Origin: Bacteriovoracaceae bacterium
Lineage (GTDB): Bacteria > Bdellovibrionota > Bacteriovoracia > Bacteriovoracales > Bacteriovoracaceae
DNA length: 64,000 nt
Direction of reading: 5' to 3'
NCBI GenBank assembly: GCA_048270185.1
Contig: JBLWTJ010000001.1
Span: forward strand, 1,248,001 to 1,312,000
The notes below the pieces were generated by a model. That model was not told the origin of the DNA, did no database searches, and was given only the letters and a program-made list of their open reading frames with translations. Shown here one piece after another: positions 1 through 9,142 of the stretch; position 1 is the stretch's first letter; every line of letters starts with the position of its first letter. The translations under genes were made by a program, and so were the position numbers.

Positions 1-131
1 TTTTCATTTGCCGCTTGCGCCATACAGAGGTTTGAATATTGCTTTCCATTTGCGCATACTGGGCGATATTCTTTAGTACATATAAAAGCAAAACTACTTA
101 GAGTGATTAAACATACAATAATAACTTTCAT
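1..131 (-). CDS. Small secreted Kazal-type protease inhibitor domain protein (runs off window edge; not in ORF track)
   Basis: Manual translation from ATG at 131: MKVIIVCLITLSSFA-FICTKEYRPVCANGKQYSNLCMAQAANE...; signal peptide followed by Kazal-like C-x3-Y-x-P-V-C...Y-S-N-x-C. Confidence 0.75.
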   Translation of the reverse strand, partial: MKVIIVCLITLSSFAFICTKEYRPVCANGKQYSNLCMAQAANE

Positions 132-136
132 ACGAC

Positions 137-1015
137 CTACTTTTTACGAAGCTTACACATATAGAGAGGACCAATCCCATCACGGTCCGGTAAGAATATT
201 GTACCATACTCAGTTTTCTCACCAAAACCAAAAGTATTGAGATCTTGAACAAGCTCAACTTGATCGCCACGCTTCTTTAAAAGTTTAGTAATAACCTCAT
301 CATTTTCAAGACTTGAGATTGAGCAAGTCGAATAGAGAACCTCTCCTGCGCTCTTTAAAGTAAGAATGGCCGAGCATAGAAGTGAGTGTTGCAGGGCCGC
401 AAGATTCTTTGTTCTCTTCTTGGACCACATATTAAGGTACTTTGGATTATTGATTGTATGACGCTCACCTGAGCAAGGGGCATCAAGCAGAACAAAGTCA
501 AATTCATCTTTTAAGTTAAGGCCATATTTGTTGCCATCAAAGCCACGGATATCAATATTCTCTCGCTTATCTTCGGGAACATACTCCGAAACCACTCTTC
601 TTAGTCGTTCTTTGCGATTACGTGATAGTTCATTTAAAACTAATTGCCCTTCCCCTTTCATCTCTTCAAAGAGAATGAGGCTCTTTCCACCGGGGGCCGC
701 ACACATATCTAAAACTTTTGATCCAGGAGTTGGCCTTAGATTACGGGCCACGATAACACTTGCAGCATCCATATAGTAGTGTGACTTAATACCTGCAACT
801 TCTGATAAATTGGCCTGCTTGAAAACACCTTCAATTATTTCATCACAATGATCGACTTCACCTTGAAACCAGATATTATGGCGAAAGGCCTTCTCTTCTT
901 CGGCCGTAAATGATTCTTTTAGAGTGATCCAACGATCCCCCCACATATCAGAGTAAAAATTTTCAAAGCCTTGTGGCCCTTTTGTCGATGCACCTTGGTT
1001 TTTCATACGCGTCAT
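137..1015 (-). CDS. RsmB/RsmF (NOL1/NOP2/Sun) RNA m5C methyltransferase
   Basis: VLDMCAAPGGKS, LLDAPCSG and YSTCS motifs. Confidence 0.9.
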   Translation of the reverse strand: MTRMKNQGASTKGPQGFENFYSDMWGDRWITLKESFTAEEEKAFRHNIWFQGEVDHCDEIIEGVFKQANLSEVAGIKSHYYMDAASVIVARNLRPTPGSKVLDMCAAPGGKSLILFEEMKGEGQLVLNELSRNRKERLRRVVSEYVPEDKRENIDIRGFDGNKYGLNLKDEFDFVLLDAPCSGERHTINNPKYLNMWSKKRTKNLAALQHSLLCSAILTLKSAGEVLYSTCSISSLENDEVITKLLKKRGDQVELVQDLNTFGFGEKTEYGTIFLPDRDGIGPLYMCKLRKK

Positions 1016-1055
1016 GTTACTAAATGTGCCTAAGAAAATCGAGAAAAAGGATAGG

Positions 1056-1418
1056 ATGATGGAAGAATTTATTGATCAAATTATCAAAAACTTAAGTGCT
1101 AATGGATTCCCACAAAAGAAGGTCTCACTTCCAACTGAGAAGATGTATGAAGTAGCTGACGCCAAGGGGTTAAGTCTCAATAAAGTTCTTGATGAACTTC
1201 GTGACAAGAAGATGATTGGTAGTGAAATTGGCCCTGATAAGATTATCTTTTCAATGGAAAAATTTGAGTCACAGGACGATATGTATGCCAAGGCCCAAGA
1301 GATGATGTCTCAGATGTCACCAGAAGAGCTACAGAAAATGCAAGAGATGGTCCAAAATATGTCTCCAGAGCAAAGAGAACAGATGATGGAGCAAGCAAAG
1401 AAAATGGGGATGATCTAA
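1056..1418 (+). CDS. Hypothetical protein with Met/Gln-rich helical C-terminus
   Basis: ORF track (1014..1418); ATG at 1056/1059 follows AAGGATAGG; repeated MSPEE/MSPEQ units; stop overlaps next gene. Confidence 0.6.
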   Translation: MMEEFIDQIIKNLSANGFPQKKVSLPTEKMYEVADAKGLSLNKVLDELRDKKMIGSEIGPDKIIFSMEKFESQDDMYAKAQEMMSQMSPEELQKMQEMVQNMSPEQREQMMEQAKKMGMI

Positions 1419-2479
1419 TAAAGAGTATTTTCTCAACTACATTCTCTGAATTAGAAGACTTTGTCTTAGAGCATGGATTTGCAAAGATTCATGCTCACAC
1501 AATCTTCACACAGCTCTATAAGTATCAAGTTAAAAGCTTTGAAGAAATTCCAACTCTGCCAAAAGAATTGTATAAGAAACTCCAAGAGTCATTTAATTTT
1601 GATCAATTAGAGATTGCAACTATTCAAGAATCGATTGATGACAAGACCATCAAGCTTCTCTTTAAGCTTGCAGATGGTAAAACCGTTGAGACAGTTTGTG
1701 TTCCATTTGAAAAGAAGTATACACTCTGCCTTTCTTCACAAGTTGGCTGCGCCATGAAGTGCTCTTTTTGCTTTACTGGAACGCAAGGTTTAACAAGATC
1801 ACTATCAAGTGAAGAAATTATTCTCCAATATGTTCAAGCTTATCGTTTCATTAAAGAGAAATTTGATGGACATCAAGCGGTCCCTAATATCGTCTTTATG
1901 GGACAAGGAGAGCCTCTCCACAATATCGACAATGTCGCCCACGCTATTGATATATTAAAGACAAACGAAGGAATGGGACTAGGGCCCAGACAGATTACTC
2001 TTTCAACGGCCGGCTACCTTCCAGGACTTAAGAGATTTAAAGAGCTAGGAAATATTAACTTTGCCCTAAGCTTCCACTCTCCCTTTGATAGTGAGAGAAA
2101 CCAGTTAATTCCACTTAATAAGGCCTACCCATTAAAAGATCTAATTAAAGAATTAAAAGAGCTTAAACTCTTAAAACGACAATACCTAACATTTGAGTAC
2201 TTAGTAATTCGCGACTTTAATCATAGTCCGGCACACCTAGAAGAAATTGGAAAGTTATTAAAGGACATGCCTGTTATCTTTAATCTTATTCCTTTTAATG
2301 AGTTTCCTGGTGCAATCTATAAGCGTCCTGAACTTTCTGACGTCATTGAATTCAAGCAAGGTCTAATTAATCTAGGCTTTCATACAAAGATTCGCACAAC
2401 TAAAGGCGATGATATTTTGGCGGCCTGTGGCCAACTGACTTCTAAAACTACTTCAGAAAACGAGAGGCCATCTCTTTAG
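1418..2479 (+). CDS. rlmN: RlmN-family radical SAM RNA methyltransferase (copy 1), probable ATA start
   Basis: CLSSQVGCAMKCSFC, MGQGEP, AACGQL; frame open upstream of track start 1568 to ATA at 1418, adding an RlmN-like N-terminal segment. Confidence 0.9.
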   Translation: MKSIFSTTFSELEDFVLEHGFAKIHAHTIFTQLYKYQVKSFEEIPTLPKELYKKLQESFNFDQLEIATIQESIDDKTIKLLFKLADGKTVETVCVPFEKKYTLCLSSQVGCAMKCSFCFTGTQGLTRSLSSEEIILQYVQAYRFIKEKFDGHQAVPNIVFMGQGEPLHNIDNVAHAIDILKTNEGMGLGPRQITLSTAGYLPGLKRFKELGNINFALSFHSPFDSERNQLIPLNKAYPLKDLIKELKELKLLKRQYLTFEYLVIRDFNHSPAHLEEIGKLLKDMPVIFNLIPFNEFPGAIYKRPELSDVIEFKQGLINLGFHTKIRTTKGDDILAACGQLTSKTTSENERPSL

Positions 2480-2837
2480 AAGGCAGAGGACAAGTCTCTA
2501 GCTCCTTGCCTATTCGATAACGATTCTTAGAAACAACTGAATAAAGCCCATCTCGAATGAACTTTGGAATAATTTTAAAGACCTTAAAGAATCCGTATCC
2601 CATACAATCCATCACCTCGATGACAGCATCAGACTTAGTTGAAATTTGACCACTGCGATAGAAAACTACAGTTGAGAGATTCTTAACAAAATCTTGTTGG
2701 AGATAATTTAGGGCCTTATCATCCTGTAGATGACAGAAATAAACGCGCTTCTTACGATCAATTCGATAAATGGTGTTGACGAGGCCATTACAAATCAAGC
2801 ACTTACCGTCTAAGAAGATGATATTCATACTCTCCAT
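2448..2837 (-). CDS. DCC1-like thiol-disulfide oxidoreductase (DUF393)
   Basis: N-terminal DGKCLIC (DxxCxxC) and C-terminal RDGLYSVVSKNRYR; start may be ATG 2828. Confidence 0.85.
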   Translation of the reverse strand: MESMNIIFLDGKCLICNGLVNTIYRIDRKKRVYFCHLQDDKALNYLQQDFVKNLSTVVFYRSGQISTKSDAVIEVMDCMGYGFFKVFKIIPKFIRDGLYSVVSKNRYRIGKELETCPLPSKEMASRFLK

Positions 2838-2943
2838 TCTACACCAAATTTTGACTTGTAAATATTATATTGGGATACATAGTTCATATTTATTATGTTA
2901 GATTTGGCCAACTTATAATGAGATTTTTTGAGAGAGCAATTTT

Positions 2944-4191
2944 ATGAAGAACCTTCTATTCCTTGGACTTTTATCAACATCCTTACTAACTATCACATCA
3001 TGTGGAGACCGTTCGAAACTATATGAAAATATGGGACCAACAGTTAATACACAGGGGCTTTCAGCATCTGACATCGGAAAAAAACTAGCAAATACAAATT
3101 ATGTATGTGATCGCTTTTCTAAAGATGGATGTATGAACGAAGTACTTCTTATGGGAAAACTTAATAAAGGCAAGCTTCAAACTTGTGCTGCTTTCTTTGT
3201 TGGTGACAATACAATTGCAACAGCTTCAAAGTGTTTACCAAGAAAAGGAAATGATGAAACAAATGAACAGTGGCTTGAAAATTCTTGTGCTGCTATTGCT
3301 TTTAAAGATTTAAAAGGTTTCACATATACTTGTAACGAAATCAGTATCCAGTCTCACTCAAATATCGCTCTTATCACTTCTAGACAATCATCTAAAGTTG
3401 GATTCCTTGAAGTTTCAACAGAAGGTGTAACATTTGGCTCTAAGAATAAAACGATTGAACTTAGCTCTTTTAGAAAGGGTGATGTAACAAATTACACTCA
3501 AATTGAAGGACGCTATACGAAAGAGAAGAAATTTTGTGATGGTCTAAAAGATTCACTTATCACAACTCTTAGTGAGAGTGCAGGCTCAAAGAACTTCTTC
3601 TTTAAAAACTGTGCCAATAGCTGGAACTCAACAGGTTCTCCAGTAATCAATAACGGAAAGGTAGCTGCCCTACTTTTTACAGGAGTTGATGGAAACTCTG
3701 ACTTTGGTTCTGAAATTAGTGATCGCTCAGGTGTTTCAATTGCAGAAAACTTAGCATGTCAAACAGCGCTAAACTCTTCAACTCCTACTGATTGTGATCT
3801 TCACCACAATGGTCACAAGAGAGCACAACTAGCGAATAAAGTTGCTACAATTGTATCTTCTACTCTTAAAGCGGATCATAATATAACGATCTTTAGAAAA
3901 GACTCAAAGCTACTTCTTCTTGAAACACCAGCTCTTAAGTCTTGCTATACTGAAGGTGAAGTTGGATCAATGGATGTATGTAAGGTTTCTTACTCAATAA
4001 AAGACAAGTATACTGGTACTTATGATACAACAAAGTTTGAAATCAAATGTGAAGATACTGATAAAGTAAAAGTAAATTGGAAATTTGTTAAAACTGACTC
4101 AAAGAATATTCTAGTTCAAACACTGGATGACTACACTCTAAGTGGTTACCACACTGATTCAGAATTCTCTGAAGTTTCAGAATGCTTATAA
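2944..4191 (+). CDS. Lipoprotein with degenerate trypsin-like serine protease domain
   Basis: Lipobox ITS-C; CAAFFVGDNTIATASKC, NIALI and STGSPV resemble trypsin-like motifs with triad substitutions. Confidence 0.6.
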   Translation: MKNLLFLGLLSTSLLTITSCGDRSKLYENMGPTVNTQGLSASDIGKKLANTNYVCDRFSKDGCMNEVLLMGKLNKGKLQTCAAFFVGDNTIATASKCLPRKGNDETNEQWLENSCAAIAFKDLKGFTYTCNEISIQSHSNIALITSRQSSKVGFLEVSTEGVTFGSKNKTIELSSFRKGDVTNYTQIEGRYTKEKKFCDGLKDSLITTLSESAGSKNFFFKNCANSWNSTGSPVINNGKVAALLFTGVDGNSDFGSEISDRSGVSIAENLACQTALNSSTPTDCDLHHNGHKRAQLANKVATIVSSTLKADHNITIFRKDSKLLLLETPALKSCYTEGEVGSMDVCKVSYSIKDKYTGTYDTTKFEIKCEDTDKVKVNWKFVKTDSKNILVQTLDDYTLSGYHTDSEFSEVSECL

Positions 4192-4220
4192 GAAAAGATT
4201 TATATTTATAAGATAAGAAG

Positions 4221-4247
4221 AAGGCCACAATAATAGTGGCCTTTTTT
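4221..4247 (+). terminator. Rho-independent terminator between convergent genes
   Basis: AAGGCCAC-aataata-GTGGCCTT followed by T-run. Confidence 0.8.
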
Positions 4248-4252
4248 ATTTA

Positions 4253-5035
4253 CTAGTATTCACCAAGAGTCTTTTGAAAAAATACTCTCATTAACTCCCA
4301 AGACTGCTTATCGGCTTTTTCATTATAGGCCAGTGGAAGATTAAATTTCTTCCCCTTCTGTGTTGCTTCAGGGTTTGTGAAAGCATGAGTTGCCCCCGGA
4401 AGATTAACAAACTCCATTGAGAGTTTTGAGCGGCGAATCGCTGTTTTGAAACTTGTGATATCGGCCTTTGTCACTAATGGATCATCGGCACCATTAATAA
4501 CAAGAAGCTTTGCCTTTGAATCTTTTGTTACAGACTTGATGCCAGAGAGTGATCCGTGAAAAGAAACGACACCTTTTAAGTCTGCTCCTTGAGTTGCATT
4601 AAAGAGAACCACGGCCCCACCAAAGCAATACCCTATGGCCGCAATGCGATTTGGATCAACACTTGGCTGTGCTTTTAAAATCTCAACCGCTTTATTAAAT
4701 TTTTCTTTTAAAAGTTTTGGATTGCTAAAAGCTTCTTTTGAAAACATCATGGCATCTTTTGGGTGCTCAGCTTGTTTTCCGTCCCCATACATATCAAGAG
4801 CGATGGCATTGTAACCAAGATCAGCAAGTTGCTTTGCTCGATTTCTTGCGTAATCATTATGCCCCCACCATTCGTGGACAACTACGATCCCAGGGCGTTT
4901 ATCGTCTTCTGAGCCGTTTAGTGCAAGGTAGCCCTTAAACTCCTGTTCACCAACTTTATAGTCAATCTTCTTGGTTGAGACAGATGAACAACTAACAAAG
5001 AATCCAGCAAGTAAAATTGATAGAAATATACGCAT
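4253..5035 (-). CDS. Dienelactone hydrolase family lipoprotein
   Basis: HEWWG, GYCFGG nucleophile elbow, HAFTN; ATG 5035 after AGGAGG; lipobox FVSC. Confidence 0.9.
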   Translation of the reverse strand: MRIFLSILLAGFFVSCSSVSTKKIDYKVGEQEFKGYLALNGSEDDKRPGIVVVHEWWGHNDYARNRAKQLADLGYNAIALDMYGDGKQAEHPKDAMMFSKEAFSNPKLLKEKFNKAVEILKAQPSVDPNRIAAIGYCFGGAVVLFNATQGADLKGVVSFHGSLSGIKSVTKDSKAKLLVINGADDPLVTKADITSFKTAIRRSKLSMEFVNLPGATHAFTNPEATQKGKKFNLPLAYNEKADKQSWELMRVFFQKTLGEY

Positions 5036-5085
5036 TTTTCCTCCTAAATATTGACGTGCCCCATGCATTCCGATAATTATGCATT

Positions 5086-6129
5086 ATGACAAAACAGAGC
5101 CTATATAATTTAACTTTAGAAAGTTTCCCACAAGATGAAGCAAAAATCATTGGTAAATGGGTCTATAAAAAGTTAAATCTTGATCCCGATACATGGGAAC
5201 ATGCGCCAAGAGTTATTCGAGAGGCGATCAAAGGCTATGATCTCGATCTTCAAAAAGTTCTTTGGCAAGGTCTTTCAAAAGATGGGACTCGAAAATTCCT
5301 ATTAGGGCTTCACGATAAGAACTCGATTGAATCTGTTCTTATTGAAAGTGAAAATGATAAGAGGCTGCGTTCGACTCTGTGTATCTCGTCACAAGTTGGT
5401 TGTGCCATCGGTTGTACTTTCTGCCACACGGCCACACAGGGCCTAACAAGACACCTCACAACAGCAGAAATTGTCGGCCAGTACCTAACTGTCACAAAGT
5501 GGATGCGTGAGAATGTAAATCCAAATTATCAAATTTCAAATATTGTCTTTATGGGACAGGGAGAACCTCTTCACAACTTTGAAAATGTTAAGAAGGCCTG
5601 CTATCTTCTAACGGATCCCCTTGGGATTGCTCTAAGCAAACATAAAGTCACAATTTCGACCTCAGGACTTGTGCCAAAGATTAAGCAATGGGAAGAGCTG
5701 CCAGATGTGAATGTTGCCATCTCTCTTCACGCTATAAGAAATAATCTAAGATCTGAACTTATGCCAATTAATAAGCGCTACCAAGTTGATGATCTACTTG
5801 AGGCCTTGCGCTCAATTCCCGTTAAAAATTCACGTCGTATCATGTATGAGTACCTGCTCATTAAGGACTTGAATGATACTCAAGAAGATATCGATGGATT
5901 AATTGAAAACCTTCCAAAGAAGGAATCAAAGATCAATATCATTCCGTTTAATGAATATCCTGAGAGTAAATTCAAAAGACCAACAGATGAACATATTGAG
6001 TGGTTTCAAAGATCTCTACAAGCAGCAGGATTGACTTGTACAGTGAGAGAGACAAAGGGTGATGATATCCTAGCGGCATGTGGCCAGCTAAAAACTCAGT
6101 ACGAGAAATTAAATCTTCCAACAAATTAG
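5086..6129 (+). CDS. rlmN: RlmN-family radical SAM RNA methyltransferase (copy 2)
   Basis: CISSQVGCAIGCTFC, MGQGEP, SLHA, AACGQL. Confidence 0.9.
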   Translation: MTKQSLYNLTLESFPQDEAKIIGKWVYKKLNLDPDTWEHAPRVIREAIKGYDLDLQKVLWQGLSKDGTRKFLLGLHDKNSIESVLIESENDKRLRSTLCISSQVGCAIGCTFCHTATQGLTRHLTTAEIVGQYLTVTKWMRENVNPNYQISNIVFMGQGEPLHNFENVKKACYLLTDPLGIALSKHKVTISTSGLVPKIKQWEELPDVNVAISLHAIRNNLRSELMPINKRYQVDDLLEALRSIPVKNSRRIMYEYLLIKDLNDTQEDIDGLIENLPKKESKINIIPFNEYPESKFKRPTDEHIEWFQRSLQAAGLTCTVRETKGDDILAACGQLKTQYEKLNLPTN

Positions 6130-6166
6130 AATCTTGTACTTTTTATCATTCCTGAAGATAAGTTAT

Positions 6167-7168
6167 CTACTTAATTAATTCAGCAATCAATTGCTTATAC
6201 TTTAGGCCAGCAAGACTTGCGGCCATGGCAAATTCATCTTTTGTGGCAATATTAGGGTTAGGGTTGGCCTCGATAATATGGGGCATACCTTCTTCATCAA
6301 CCCTTAGGTCAATGCGAGCATAGCCTGATAACTCTAACGTCTTATAAGCTCTCTTACAGATTTTAATAATACGATCACTGAGATCCTTATCTAATTTTGC
6401 TTTTTCAGTTTCGATGCCTTTATTCTCACGAAACTTCTTACTCCACTTTGCTTTCTCACTATAGAGTTTTGCTTCTGGATTCTTAATATTATTAAATTTA
6501 AGCTCTAGTGCAGGCAATACTTTAAGTCTTTTTTGACCTAGGACACCGACAAAGAACTCTCGTCCTTCCACAAACTCTTCCACAATAACATCTTCATTGT
6601 ATTTATCCATCAAGTACTGGATGCGTTCTATGGCCTTCTCTTCAGTTTTAACAACAGAAGCTCCACTTATTCCAAGGGAAGCATCTTGATAGAGACACTT
6701 TACAATAAGGGGATACTTTAATTTCTTCGAAATCTTAGTCTTTGAGCGCGATTTAAAGACTTGGAAGCCAGGAGTCCTAATACGGTGGTAACTCATAAGC
6801 TTTTTAGCTAAGGCCTTATCTCTGGCCAGCATTAATCCTCGAGGATTACAGCCTGTATATTTAACCTTTAAAAGCTCTAGGTAAGAGACGACATTTTGAT
6901 CAAGTAAGACCTTGCCATCAAACTCTTCAAGGAGGTTAAAAATAATATGCGGCTTAAACTCATCAATGGCAGAGCGCAGAACCATTAGATCCGAATAGAC
7001 ACCAACAACTCTTACCTCATGCCCGAGGTCTTTTAGTGCTTCGATAACATTATATTCTGTAATCCAAGGCCGATACTCAAATTCTTCTGAATTAATTTCT
7101 TCTTTAGTTAAATTATCTGGTGGGATTAAATCGATATGAACAAGAACTAAAACTCTTTTTTTGGTCAC
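6167..7168 (-). CDS. D-Ala-D-Ala ligase-like ATP-grasp enzyme
   Basis: DKALAK, PLIVK..DASLGI, EEFVEGREF, GYARIDLR, IEANPNP; N-terminus differs from canonical Ddl. Confidence 0.85.
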   Translation of the reverse strand: MTKKRVLVLVHIDLIPPDNLTKEEINSEEFEYRPWITEYNVIEALKDLGHEVRVVGVYSDLMVLRSAIDEFKPHIIFNLLEEFDGKVLLDQNVVSYLELLKVKYTGCNPRGLMLARDKALAKKLMSYHRIRTPGFQVFKSRSKTKISKKLKYPLIVKCLYQDASLGISGASVVKTEEKAIERIQYLMDKYNEDVIVEEFVEGREFFVGVLGQKRLKVLPALELKFNNIKNPEAKLYSEKAKWSKKFRENKGIETEKAKLDKDLSDRIIKICKRAYKTLELSGYARIDLRVDEEGMPHIIEANPNPNIATKDEFAMAASLAGLKYKQLIAELIK

Positions 7169-8172
7169 ATTACTATCCTGTCTCTTCCTTCTTGAAAATA
7201 ACGATTGGTATGAGACAGGAGAATCTTGCGTAAATTACTTGGAGAACATTTATTAGAAACAAATAACTTTCTCTCAGTCGATAGACTTTCTAAATCTCTT
7301 ACAACAGATTCTATTTTATATTGATATTCATTTGTCTTCAAGGCAATATCTCTTACAAGTTCTCGCCTATCTTGGCGTAGAATGTCCTTTAAAGCCACTC
7401 CGGTTGTTGGATTTACCTCCAAGAAGTTTTCGATATGCTTTAAGCTTCTCTTCTTTAAATTTGCCTTCTTAAACTTTTTTCTTTTTAGAGTAAGATACTC
7501 TTTAACAGTTAAATCACTCTCACTGATTGGATCGACTTCTTTATAACAAATCACATTTGGCTTCTCGCCTTTTATCGAATTCATCTTACGTTGAATATAT
7601 TTTAGCTTATTGAGAGCTGGCCAATCTTTATAGATCTTTCTCCAATTTGATCGTGGAGTAAGCCATGTTGCAAAAGTTTCTGCAAAGTCTTCTTCAGGGT
7701 GGGCCTGAGCATAATTATCTTCAAGATGATAGACGAAGTTTCGTGAAAATTTTCTTGGTAAATAATTTGAGGGATACTTCATATCGTGATCACCAAAAGT
7801 ACTCTTGCGATCAGGACAATCTTTTAGAAAGTAGGCATTATCCATAACATGTCCACACTCGTGGCGCATAAGCTTCATAAACCAATCAAGGCTTTCACCT
7901 TCAACAACACCTAAGTATTGTTTTTCAAGTTCAATGAGCTTTTGATGAAAGAGAGTAAAGGGAATAGCGATTCCAGAGATCCCATCGGGACAGAACCATT
8001 CATCACTGGCCCAAACTTTTGGACGCACAAGAAGTCCGCGACTACTAAGTTCACTATTTAGCTTATCAAGGCAATGAGCATAGGAGCTCGTCTCAAAGCT
8101 AATGCCAAGCTGTGCTAATTCACAATTTAAAATGTCAGATCGACAGGCCCGATCAAGATTTAGTAGTGTCAT
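7165..8172 (-). CDS. Putative zinc-binding metallopeptidase (Peptidase_Mx-like)
   Basis: RHECGH (HExxH) and YAQAHPEEDFAETFA; 4-bp overlap with ATP-grasp gene. Confidence 0.8.
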   Translation of the reverse strand: MTLLNLDRACRSDILNCELAQLGISFETSSYAHCLDKLNSELSSRGLLVRPKVWASDEWFCPDGISGIAIPFTLFHQKLIELEKQYLGVVEGESLDWFMKLMRHECGHVMDNAYFLKDCPDRKSTFGDHDMKYPSNYLPRKFSRNFVYHLEDNYAQAHPEEDFAETFATWLTPRSNWRKIYKDWPALNKLKYIQRKMNSIKGEKPNVICYKEVDPISESDLTVKEYLTLKRKKFKKANLKKRSLKHIENFLEVNPTTGVALKDILRQDRRELVRDIALKTNEYQYKIESVVRDLESLSTERKLFVSNKCSPSNLRKILLSHTNRYFQEGRDRIVM

Positions 8173-8256
8173 TCATTTCTTCCAATAAGGGCAGATTATA
8201 GCCCCAACTGGAAGAAATTAAAGACATTTTCTATAGTAGTGAATTAATTATCAACT

Positions 8257-8568
8257 CTAGAGATCATTTAGACAGATCTGGCCATTGCGGTTGATCTTGA
8301 TCTTAAAGTCCACACCAGCAATTTTAGAGCGGATATGAGATAAATGAGTATTTATCGTCTTATTGGTGACTACAGCTTGTCCCCAAGCACATGAGATGAC
8401 CTCTTCAATAGTATAGATCCTCTTTTCATGCTGAATTAAGCAACAAAGTAGCTTAAATTCCGTTTTTGTTAATTTTACTTCTTTCTCCCCGACGAAAACC
8501 TGTCTGGTCTTCTTGTTGATGCGTAAGCTACGAAAAGCTAGCCAATCAGATTCAATAACAAATGTCAT
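8257..8568 (-). CDS. Stand-alone OmpR/PhoB-type winged-helix DNA-binding domain
   Basis: LTKTEFKLL...KTINTHLSHIRSKI; no receiver domain; SD GGGGAGGAG. Confidence 0.85.
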   Translation of the reverse strand: MTFVIESDWLAFRSLRINKKTRQVFVGEKEVKLTKTEFKLLCCLIQHEKRIYTIEEVISCAWGQAVVTNKTINTHLSHIRSKIAGVDFKIKINRNGQICLNDL

Positions 8569-8708
8569 ACTTTCATTCTCCTCCCCCTTAAATAATAACC
8601 TTAAAAGGAAGACAGAAAATTAACAACATACAATTTCGCTAAGGTACAAAAATTATCTCTACTAACAGTAATTTATATAATTTTTAGCTGTAATTTCGAA
8701 TGTTTAGC

Positions 8709-9020
8709 CTATAAGTCGTGAAGACAGATTTGATTGTTGCGATTGACACGGATACGAAATTCAACACCCTTTGTTTTGTTTCTGAGATGAGTCAGGTGAG
8801 TATTCACAGTTTTATTTGCGACATCAACATCACCCCAAATATAGCGAACTAAATCTTCTCTTGGATAGACTCTCTTTCCTCCATCTAAGAGAAAGTATAG
8901 GATTTTAAACTCTGTCTTAGTTAGCTCAACTTTTTTCTCTCCCACAAAGGCCACATGTTCTGCTTCATCAAGAGTTAAGTTACGAAATGAAAGCTGGTGT
9001 GAATTCTTTAATGCGTGCAT
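8709..9020 (-). CDS. Stand-alone OmpR/PhoB-type winged-helix DNA-binding domain (paralog)
   Basis: LTKTEFKIL...KTVNTHLTHLRNK; same length (103 aa) as neighbour. Confidence 0.85.
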   Translation of the reverse strand: MHALKNSHQLSFRNLTLDEAEHVAFVGEKKVELTKTEFKILYFLLDGGKRVYPREDLVRYIWGDVDVANKTVNTHLTHLRNKTKGVEFRIRVNRNNQICLHDL

Positions 9021-9142
9021 ATTAGTTCTCCTACAGAAGCTTAGTTGAGAATGATTTTATTCCATTGAACATGTACATGTTTTTAAGGTAAGAATGGTCC
9101 TATAAGAAATATGTATTTATTAAATAAATTTAAGAGTAATTC

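Noticed and set aside
1418..6129. Calling either RlmN paralog Cfr
   Set aside because: Both look RlmN-like with no mobile context; a phylogeny is needed before such a call
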